From the NCBI RefSeq assembly GCF_009834535.1, contig NC_045717.1, positions 26,474,001-26,538,000 on the forward strand: DNA of 64,000 nt, given 5' to 3'. The notes under the pieces were generated by a model. The model searched no databases. It worked only from the letters and a program-made list of their open reading frames with translations, and was not told the DNA's origin. This stretch comes from Camelus ferus (lineage: Eukaryota). The position numbers were made by a program, and so were the translations under genes. This document shows, piece after piece, positions 12,290-26,600 of this stretch; position 1 is the stretch's first letter, and each line of letters begins with the position of its first letter.

Positions 12290-12665
12290 CTCTCACCCTG
12301 GCTGCCAGGAAACTTACAGCTATTTTACACTCAGAGACTTTGTGTCTGCTTTTATTCCCCTTGCTTCACACTCAGTTGATTAGACGCTGTCACAAGCAAG
12401 CATGGCCTGGAGGAAGACATGCCTAAACAGACACTGTAATGTATCAGTTTCCCTTTTTGCCCTAGCTACCAGGAAACTCATCACTGTTTAACTCCCTGAC
12501 ACTCTGTCTCTCCCTTCTCATTGCCACTTACACTCGCACCCTCACCTATTCAGAGACTCTGTCACAAACAGACATGACCCCTAGAAGACATGCCTACCCA
12601 GGCAATGTTAATTCACTGTAACATACCAGTTTCCCCTTTTACCCTGGCTACCAAGAAGTTCAGAG
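12290..12665. repeat. Diverged tandem duplication (about 170-185 bp unit, two copies plus a partial third) downstream of the ADAMTSL5 stop
   Basis: CCCTRGCTRCCARGAA at about 12296, 12460 and 12643; GAAGACATGCCTA..CACTGTAA..CAGTTTCCC twice. Confidence 0.7.
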
Positions 12666-13440
12666 ATAAACTTGACAACTTCAGCAGCTCAGGGCAGGGA
12701 AGGGTTTCCTCCAGGCAACACTGCTGTTCACCCCTTTTTTATTCCTATTAACTTTTACAAACACTTTTTCTTAACAAGGGCACCCCAGTTACACATACTT
12801 GGCTGCAGAGACTTCAAGATGCGCTGGCAGTCTGACTCACAATGGAGCTCTCACCACATGTTCACACGTGACCACATGCACTCCTGGTCCAGCCCCCACT
12901 TCCTCTCAGCATGTCTGACCCCGGGTGGGGGAACAACAAGGACAGGGAATATGAGGATAGGGGCACATGGGGCTTCCATAGGTCCCAAGCGTCCTCCCCA
13001 TGCCCCTTTGGGGGCCGCATGTTCATCTCAGGCAGTTCTCAAGACCTGCCACTCCAAGAGAGGAGGCAGTTCAGAGCCCCTGCCCTCAGCCTGTGCCCTG
13101 TCCTTGTGTGTCCTGGGTATAATTCTAGAGCCCAGAAGGCAGGCCTAGGTCACGTATTGATTGGAAGTGTCTGCTCTTCTGTACCATCCATGGATGGCTC
13201 AGCCTTGGACCTTGCGGGTGACCTCAGGCCAGGCCCTGCCCCTCTCTCTGCCTGTTTCCCCATCCCAGTGCCCTTTCCGGCTCTCCTGGCAATCACACTC
13301 TCCTGGACTCCTTCCCTCGCCCCTCCGTTCACTCACACATTCCTCCAAAGAGTATTTATTGAGTGCCTCCTGTACACCAGGGACCCAGCAGCACCTGGGA
13401 CAGCCCAGGCCTGGAGAATCCCCAGAACGCCCCCTCCCGT

Positions 13441-13480
13441 GGGGCACAGCGGGGCACAGCGGGGCACAGCGGGGCGCAGC
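13441..13480. repeat. (GGGGCACAGC)x4 tandem 10-mer
   Basis: Three exact copies plus one with a single mismatch. Confidence 0.9.
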
Positions 13481-14685
13481 TCAGGAGGGCGGGCCTGGGG
13501 CCCGGGCGCCCCCTGGTGGCAGGACGGGGGAAGAAGGATTGCTCGCTCCCGGTGTTACCCGCAGCCCCCAAGGGCCCTACTGCCCGGGCCTGTTATCCAG
13601 AGGTGGTCCTCTCTGCCTCACTGCAGGGTGAGGGTGTCTCAGGGAATGGGAGTCTCCAGCCTCCTCCTCCCCAGAGCTCTGTGGGTCAGCGCTGCCACCT
13701 ACTCCCCACCAGCTAGACCAGTTGGCCTGGGCGAGGCACCTGCTGGTAGGGAGGCCAGTGCAGGGCCCACTCGGGCAGCAGATGAGATGGCCTGTGGCCA
13801 CAGAGGCCAGGACTCCCCGCAGCCCGGTCTCTGGACGGCCTCTCCTGCCAGTGGCAACATTGTTTCCAGTCGTGATCCTGTAACCCTCCGCAGTAAGCAT
13901 TTCGTTGTTTTTCTGGTTTTCTCTTGAGCTTTAAATAAAAAAATCGACGGAACGATTTAAAGAGAGTAGAAAACACTGTGGTTCTAAAGATTCTCAAATT
14001 CAGCAACGTGCACAGCGAAACTGGCGATCACGCTCGCCCAGCAAAGATACCACGCGGCTTTGATGCTTTAAACAGGAATAAAAACTCCGGACGCTTACAG
14101 GGAATGACGGAAATGGAGTGACTCGAGATCTGCTTCTTCGTGTCTGCACAATCCCCAGCTCTCAGGGTTTTATTATTTACTGTGTCCCTGAAGAGACCGC
14201 AAATGATTACAGATGGGAACGTCCTCTCAAGGGAAGCCCACGCAGCCGAGTCTTCACGCATCTGGAACTGGGAATTCTCTGGACTTCCCAAGGGAGATGA
14301 CGTTTATTAAAGAATGAAGAAGGAAAAGAGGCACGTTGGAAACTTGCGTCCATGTTATTAAGACAAAAGTAATCACACCAGTGGATTCAGCAGCCCCAGG
14401 AACATTTGTGCTCAGCAACATGGCCCTGGGGGGGTCTGATGCTGTTCTTACTGTTTTTAATTCTCTGCACACAGCACCCTCCTGCTGTGTGCTCGTCTCT
14501 CACTGACTCCGTACAAGCTGGCTGACCCACGGGAGGGCACGTGTCCAGTTGAAGGGCTGCTGAACCACCCCATCCAGGCTGTCTCACATCCTGCGGGATC
14601 AGATGAGGGTGTGCAGGTTACAATGGCATAACACCTGGGAAAACAGTTTGGCTGTTTCTGCTACAGCTGAACACACGCTCACGTG

Positions 14686-15105
14686 TAAGGTTGAATAAAC
14701 ACGTCCACGCCCTAACCCCTGGGACCTGTGAACAGGATCTTATTTGGAAAAAGAGTCTTTGCAGATGTTGGTAAGGGTCTCAAAATCACTCTGGATTATC
14801 CAAGTGGGCCCTAAATCCAATGACAGGTGTCCTTGTAAGAGACACGCAGAGGAGAGACCGAGAAGATGGCCATGTGGTGGTGGAGGCAGAGGTCGGAGCA
14901 ATGGGGCCACAAGCCCAGGGATGCTTGGGGCCCCCAGAAGCCGGTGGAGGCAGGAAGGACCCTCCTCTGGAGCCTCTGGAGGGACCACGGCCCTGCCAGC
15001 CCTGGATCTTGGACTTGAGGCCTCCAGATGGTGAGAGAATAAATTTCTATTGTCCCAAGCCTCCCAGTTGGTGGTAATTGGTTAAAGCAGCTCCAGGAGG
15101 CTCAC
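14686..15105 (+). mobile_element. MLT1-type ERVL-MaLR solo LTR
   Basis: TTATTTGGAAAAAGAGTCTTTGCAGATG, GGGCCCTAAATCCAATGACAGGTGTCCTT, GAGAATAAATTTCTATTGT. Confidence 0.85.
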
Positions 15106-15866
15106 ACTCTCACCTGAAACCCTGCAGTCTGACAAGTGAATGCCGAAGGGGAAGGAGAGCACTGCTTACCAAAGACTGGTTCTAGAATGTTCCTAGCAGC
15201 TTTTGTCACAATAGCCCCCAACTCGAAACAACGCTAAGGCCCACCCACAGTGGCACGGGGCACCCTACGGCCTTCCCATAGAATGACATGCTCTCTGCCA
15301 GCGGAAGAGAAGGGCACCAGGGGCCCTGCCCGTGGCAGTGCGGCGAGTCTGAGTCAGACGGGAGAGGGCAGAAAACACCGTGGACGGGATGCAAGTGACC
15401 TTCACGGGTGGGGGGAGGTGTGGATGGGGCTGCCTTTGAGGGTGGGGAGTGACCAGCAGGGCCAGCCCTGATGCGTTACTTGCCTCAAGTCACTGACTAC
15501 GCTTTTCTGTATGTTTAAATTAAAACATGTCTGACGGACTAAAGGTCACTGCCTCCACCTGGTGAGTCAGGCATGTGTCCTTTCACCTGTGTTCCTAGGT
15601 GAGCTGACCCAGGGGTGGGTGGGGCCCTGGGATGGTCTTTGAGGGGCACAGCGGGAGCGGGGCGAGGTCAGGTGCAGAGAGAGCCAGCCCCGGACCAAGG
15701 TCACACCACCATCTTCAAACAGCTGGGGCAGTGATAAGCAGATGCCAAGATCCCTGTCCCCAGTGCCCAGGTGGACTTCCCAGCAGGGTGGGAGCTCATT
15801 AATAATTAGCCTCGATCCCCTCCTTCCAAGAAATCCTACATCCCGGAGTTAAAGCCGAAGTCTTCG

Positions 15867-15987
15867 CTGGCCTAGCGGTCAGGCTCGCTCATGTCAGACC
15901 CCTTGTTTTAAAAACTCTTCTAAGAGAAGCAAGGTAGAGGAAACGGTCCTGCCTCTCCTGTGCTCCCCCAGAAGCGGCAGGTATTTG
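15867..15987 (+). repeat. Left arm of a long inverted repeat
   Basis: 15867-15944 is the exact reverse complement of 17414-17491 (78 bp); similarity continues for about 40 bp more. Confidence 0.95.
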
Positions 15988-17368
15988 CATGGCCCACCCC
16001 CTAGACCCACCTCTCTCACCCTCGCTCACATGGCTCCCGCTACACCAGCCCGCCGATCTTCCTCTAACCCGCCAGGCAAAGTCCTCCTCCTCTGTAGCCG
16101 CCTGGACCACTCCTGCCCTCGTGTTCACAAGACTTGTGCCCTCACTTCCTCCGCATGTCTACTCCGATGTCATTTCCATAGAGAAGCCTTTCTCTGACCC
16201 TGCCTGATGGGGGAGCCCCTGCGCCCCGACTCTCGGCTGCCCATTTCCCCATTACATTCTCTTCCTTCTGACGTGTTATCCGTTTATCGTGTTGATGGTC
16301 ACCCTTCCAAATCCTTAGGAACAGGGATTTTTCTCTCTCTGGATTGTTACTCTACCCTTGGCTCCTGGAGCAAGGCCTGGTATACAGTAGGTGATCAATA
16401 TTGGCTGAGCAATAGGAATGGATGAATTGGACCCCCTGCTTCTAGTAGCACTCAGTGCCTCCTGCTTCCTTATTGGAGTTGACAAGGATGAGGACACAGG
16501 GCTGCAGTGTTGGGAGCGGTGCAAAGCTGCCACCTGTTTAGGAAAACTGTCTGTGATGGACACCACGGGGTCCTCCCAGGCGTGGCTGCTGACTGTCTCG
16601 TGGGAGATTTGTCTTTGGTTGACAGGAGCTACCTCAAGGAGATCCCCGCAGGGTTACAGACCCCTCTTGGGGGTTGGGCTGAAGCCAGTGACCGACAGAT
16701 GTAGGGGCACAAATCTCGGGCCCCTGGGCTCCATTTGGAGCTGGTTCCAGGTGTAGTTCCAGGTCTAGGGCCCTGGCCAAGACCACCTCCTTGCTCAGCT
16801 CCCCCACCCCAGCTTCCGACTGCTTTAGAGGACCTGAATTTGAACAGGGAGGTGTTTTGGATATTTATATCCCGTTGGATTTGATTTGCTCCTGTGCACC
16901 CAGATGTTGCCCCTCTCCACACGGCAGGCCCATCACTGTCCTCACTCGTCCTGTCCCTGCCTGTTTCTGTGATCACTGTCATGCTGGCCTCACACAGGAA
17001 ACCAACTGCAGGTGGTAGGAAGTCCTGGCCATGCCCACCCAGCTTCTCACTCCCCATTTCCAGGAAGGCCAGGCTGATGTCCACAGCCAGCCTCCCAGGG
17101 CCTCTTTGCTGAAGGCTGGCTAGCCCTGCCCCCTGCGCTGCCTGCAGGGGGCGCTGGCTAGGGACCACCAAGGTGGTGGATGAGGCCTTGCTTCCTGAGC
17201 ACCTGGGCAGGCTAAGTCTCAGGTGTGCATTCGATGGGAGTCAGAGCACCAATTGCCCGCAGGTGTGCTGGGCTTGGCCACACCTTCACCGCCTTCCTCC
17301 ATCCCCCTCTATCCCTGCTCCACTCCCTACTGGTGCTTCACAGGGTCTCCTCCTGAGAACTCAAATTC

Positions 17369-17491
17369 CTGCCCGATGCCTGCTTCTGGGGGGAGCGCAG
17401 GTAAGGCAGGACTGTTTCCTCTACCTTGCTTCTCTTAGAAGAGTTTTTAAAACAAGGGGTCTGACATGAGCGAGCCTGACCGCTAGGCCAG
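17369..17491 (-). repeat. Right arm of a long inverted repeat
   Basis: Reverse complement of 15867-15987. Confidence 0.95.
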
Positions 17492-17719
17492 GAGAGGGAG
17501 GAAGCTCAGGGGTGAGGACAAGGATCTCCCGGGCCTGCGGGCATGTCTTGGCCAGTTGGTGAGCCCTCCGTTCTGAGTCCGAGTTTTCTCATCTGCGAAG
17601 TGGTGCTGCGCAGCACCTGCCCCTGGAGGAGGAGACCGAGCCCGCGAAGCCCCTCCCCCGGCCCCCAAAGGACAGACAGCTGGACGAGGTTGGTCCAGAT
17701 GAGCTTTACTGAGTCCTCC

Positions 17720-18492
17720 CTAGCAGGCCAGGTGTTTCAGCCGCCAGCAGTGCTGCAGGTAGTGGAGCCCAGGTCTGTGGTTCCAGCTGCAGCTGGCCTC
17801 CATGGTGGACTCGGAGGAGTACTCCAGGGAGGACTCAGATTGGCAGGAGGCAGGCAGCTCGGGCACTGAGGTGCTGCTGGTGGGCAGTGCTAGGGGCTGC
17901 CTGCTTGGCTTGGAGGCCTTGGGGACTGAGTCCCCTGGCCCATCGGGGGTCTCGTTGGGGGGCTGTGTGGGGATGGTGGTGCCACTGGGAAACTGCACGA
18001 GGGGGACCCCCTGGCTGAAGGAGGTGCTGGGATGCTGCCTGGAGCCTGAGGACCTGTGGGCCATCTGGGAAGGGCCTGAGGAAGTGGTGGACAGTTGGGC
18101 GCGCTGCTGGCCACGGGTCTGAGTCTGGCCAGAGGCCCAGGGCTGGCCGGGGGTCTGAGTCTGGCCGGAGGCCCGGGGCTGGCCGGGGGTCTGAATCTGG
18201 CTGGGGGCCTGGGGCTGGCCAGGGGCCTGGGGCTGGCCAGAGAAGTTGGCTCGAGACCGAAGCCCACCCTGGACCTTGCCAGGCAGGTGGGAGCCACTGA
18301 CAGAGCCAGTGGCTGGGGAGTGAGGCTGGGACTGGCTCAGGCTGGCAGAGGTCCTGGCGGCTGCCTTGCTCGGAGACAAGGGGCTGGTGGAAGACTCTGC
18401 TGGGGACTCAGAGGAAGCCACAGAAGACTTGGGGTGCGATGTGTCCTCCAGCTTACCGGCTGGCAGGTCTTTGCCGGGGCTGGACAGGGACT

Positions 18493-18504
<12 letters not shown>
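17720..18504 (-). CDS. REEP6: Putative alternative terminal coding segment of REEP6 (Ser/Pro/Gln-rich, about 225-260 aa, ending HCWRLKHLAC*)
   Basis: Stop-free frame across the apparent 3' UTR. It is reachable in phase 1 through CAG acceptors opening at 18504 or 18399 and contains a frame-preserving 18-bp tandem repeat. Splicing is not demonstrated. Confidence 0.45.
18105..18240 (-). repeat. 18-bp unit tandem repeat (about 7 copies) encoding GQPQAP/GQTQTP-type hexapeptides
   Basis: CTGGCC recurs every 18 bp; translation GQPQAP GQPQAP SQIQTP GQPRAS GQTQTP GQPWAS GQTQTR. Confidence 0.85.
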
Positions 18505-22708
<4,204 letters not shown>

Positions 22709-23678
22709 GGCACCGGTGGGCCCGGGGTTGGCAGCCTGAGTTTGACCGCCGCCCCGCGCACGGACTTGGTCGCGCTCGGGCTGCCTTTCGTGAGCCGCAC
22801 CGCTCGGCCCCGGAGCTGGTCTCCGCCCCCTGGCCGGTCTCCACCTCCTGTCCCCCGCTCTGGCCAATGGGAGGGCAGGGCGGGCAAAGGAGGTGGGGCC
22901 TGCCCCGTCTCCCCCGCCGCATTGCCCTCTGGCGGGCCGCGGCCCCCGCAGCCGCGACTTTGGAGGAAGGGGGCGGGGCACCGTAGCTGAGGGCCCCGAT
23001 TGGCCGAGCCGGAGCGGGACGTAGCTGATGGGGGGGGGGCGGGTCATGGTCGGGGATTATTGGCTGAGCTGCTGTGGGGGTGGAGCTATGGGAGGGAGAG
23101 AAGAGTGCTGGGGAGGCGGAGTTGGTGGGAGGGGCCGGAGAAAAGCCAGAGTTGATTGGAGAAACGCGAAAAGATTCGTTGGAGAAAACAGAGAGGGGGC
23201 GGGCCTGAACATAAAGGAGGAGGGAAGGACTCTGAGGGACCAGGATGGGGCGGAGCTAAATTGAGAAGGCGGGACTTTTTGAAAAGACAATTCTGGTTGG
23301 TCCGAAAAGGAAGCAACAAGACTTATTCTAAGGGGAGGGGCGTATATGAGTGTGGGCGGGATCAGATAAAGGGGCGGGGTCAATTTTAGCAACGGGGAAC
23401 CCGCTCCTCTGGGTCAGAAGATTAAGGTCATTGTACAAATGGGGAGACTGAGGCTCCGGAGGGTTTGAGTCTGCAGACTACCAGAGTGGCCGCGTGTTCC
23501 CCCGACACTGCTATCAGATCTCGCCCTTCTAATCGGGGAGACGCAAGGCCCCCTGGGAATTGAAGCCTTTCAGGGGTTGCTATGGCTCCAGGGGCGGGGC
23601 GGGCGCCTGGGACGTCTTGGCGGTTTGGCCAAGGGGAGGGGCTTTTGTAGGCCCCGCCCCCGCCCCGCCCCCGCCGCA

Positions 23679-26600
23679 ATGCGGCCTGCCCGGATTGCGC
23701 TCTGGTTACGACTGACCTTGGCCCTGGGCCTGGCACTCGTTGGCCCCATGGCTGTGGGGTGGGCCTCGGCCCGGGTCCCCATCTATGTCAGCAGCTGGGC
23801 TGTGCGGGTGTCCCAGGGTTACCAGGAGGTCGAGCGCCTGGCGCGCAAATTCGGCTTCGTCAACCTGGGGCAGGTGGGAGGGACCCGGATTGACGGGAGG
23901 GGGCGGGGGCTGGAGGACCCCAGACCCCAACAGATGGAAGGGGCCCCCTAGGTTCCCCAGATATCCAGGACTCCAAGGTCTCTCCTGCCTCGATCAGCTT
24001 CAGATTCTGGGATCCCCAGAGGGCACCTGAAGCCCCCACCTGGGCCCCTGGTTGGGGGAGGATGTAAGGAGTTGGGGCCTGGCCTCTCTCCTGTGGGGAG
24101 CTCCATCAGGACAGCCTGGTCCCATCCATGCCACTGCTCCCCCACATTCCCAGATCTTCCCTGACGGGCAGTATTTCCATCTGCGGCACCGGGGCGTGAT
24201 CCAGCAGTCCCTAACTCCGCACTGGGGCCACTGCCTGCGCCTGAAGAAAGACCCCAAGGTGAGCCTGGCCTCGAGGCTGCCCCCTCAGGGGTCTCAGCCA
24301 CTTCCTGTTATTCTTGTGATTGTTATGAATGGCTGTGTGACCTTTGGCGAGTCACCAAGTTCTGCATCTTGGTGTCTATTTGGCCCCCTAGTCTCTACAG
24401 TGGGGATGTGGCTTACAGGACAGAGACCAGGGCTTGCTAATGGATTGGATGTGTGGGAAATGGAGGCCAGTTTCCAAGTCTGGAGCTGAGCAAATGGGGA
24501 GAAGATGGCCCTGACTGTTGAGATGGGGGCAGGGGAACATCAGCTGGTTTAGCGGGTGGACAATCAATAAGGAAAAGGGGGGAAGGGCAAAGGTCTGAGC
24601 AAGAGCAAGCCAGGTCAGTCAGAACAGCATGTGCAAAGGTCCTGGAGTGAGACAGCCACTGTGGGTGCAGCAGAGGAAGGCTGGTGGGGGGCTGGTGGCG
24701 AGTGAGACAGCCACTGTGGGTGCAGCAGAGGAAGACAACCAAGGAGCCTTGTGGGCTCTGGAAAGCGTGGTGGGGAACCACAGGAGGGTTTCAACAGAGA
24801 GTGAGGCTGCAGTGTTCCAAGAGAGTGTTGTAGAGAGGTGGCAGGGGCAGGGCAGCTGAAGGACCAAGGAGGAGACAGGTCTAGCCACACAGGGGTGTCC
24901 TGCACTGGGGAGGGTGAGGTAGAAAGAAGTGGGCCCTGCAGGGGGATATGGGCAGGTCTTGGGGAGAGGGATTCTAAAACAAGGATGGGAAAAGGGGCAG
25001 GGTTGGGAACCCAGCCACTCTGGGGAGCAGCCTTGTGTCTGTTGGCCCCTGGAGGCGGGTACTCTGAGGGCTTCGGTCCCCTTTGAAGGGAGAGCCCCAG
25101 GCACATGGGGACCCCCAAGAGCAGCCCCAGCAAACACGGAGTCCCTGGCCCCATCCCACACTCTGAGGTCCCCAGGACAAGCAGTGGACAGCCCAGACAT
25201 ACATCCCACTAAACCACAGCCCCTTGGCAGACCCAGAGAAGAGGCCCACCCAGACCCTGGAAGCAGATTTGGGCCTTTTGACCAGGAATTGGCAGAAGGG
25301 CTGAGGGGCAGGTTGCTGTGGTCTCTGGGACAGGGCCCTCTAAAGCACTCAAGTGTGACAGCAGGAAGCTGGGAGGAGGGTGGGAAGCTCGTGGATCCAA
25401 GTCCCCTCCCACGGCATGGTCCCCCCCAGGTGCAGTGGTTCCAGCAGCAGACACTGCAGCGGCGGGTGAAACGCTCCCTGGTGGTGCCCACGGACCCCTG
25501 GTTCTCCAAGCAGTGGTACATGGTGAGCTGGCCAGGCTGGGCGGCGGGGCTGGACCAGGCCAGAGCCCCACTGACCCTGGCCCCGCCTTGCACAGAACAA
25601 CAAGGTGCAGCCGGACCTGAACATCCTGCAGGTGTGGAGCCAGGGACTGTCCGGCCAGGGCATCGTGGTCTCTGTCCTGGATGACGGCATCGAGAAGGAC
25701 CACCCAGACCTCTGGGCCAACTACGTGAGTCCGTGGGGCCGGGTCAGGGCTTCCTCACGTCCCAAGGCCTGTCACAGCCCCTTCAAGTTCCCACCCTCCC
25801 CCAGGACCCCCTGGCCAGCTATGACTTCAACGACTACGACCCAGACCCGCAGCCGAGATACACGCCCAGTGACGAGAACCGGTGAGCCTAGTGTCCCACA
25901 GGGCAAGGGGGCAGCTCCTGGTATCCCTGGGGGACCGAGGGGGCTGTGACAGGAACCTGTCTCTGACTTGGCATCAGGCACGGAACCCGCTGTGCTGGGG
26001 AAGTGGCAGCGATAGCAAACAACAGGCTCTGTGGCACTGGCGTCGCCTACAACGCCCGTATCGGAGGTACTCAGGCTCTCGCCAGGGACAGACTCAGGCC
26101 CGCGGCCCGGGGTAGCTGCAAATACCCAGGAGAGTTGGCAGAGAGCTAGGGGAGGAAGCCTCTGGGTGCCACGTGCTCATCCCTGGGCCATGCTGAGCCC
26201 CCCCAGACACCCTCAGCCCCGGGCACAGGCAGGATGCCCACAGAGGCCACCTCCACCGCCCACACAGGGGTGCGCATGCTGGACGGGACCATCACGGACG
26301 TCATCGAGGCCCAGTCGCTGAGCCTGCAGCCGCAGCACATCCACATCTACAGCGCCAGCTGGGGCCCTGAGGACGATGGCCGCACGGTGGACGGCCCGGG
26401 CATCCTCACCCGAGAGGCCTTTAGGCGCGGCGTGACCAAGGTGAGCGGGCGCGGGGCACAGAGGCCTGGGCCTGTGTGGGAGGCCCACGCTCCATCCCAG
26501 TCTCTGTCCCTGTCTCTTGTCTGCAGGGCCGCGGTGGGCTGGGCACCCTCTTCATCTGGGCCTCAGGCAACGGTGGCCTGCACTATGACAACTGCAACTG

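Noticed and set aside
13870-14400. AT-richer block with AATAAA hexamers, possibly the ADAMTSL5 3' end or a DNA-transposon remnant
   Set aside because: I could not assign a family or decide which signal is used; not supportable from sequence alone.
24619-25593. 324-aa antisense ORF across PCSK4 intron 2 and exon 3
   Set aside because: Runs through L2-derived and intronic sequence with no recognisable protein features.
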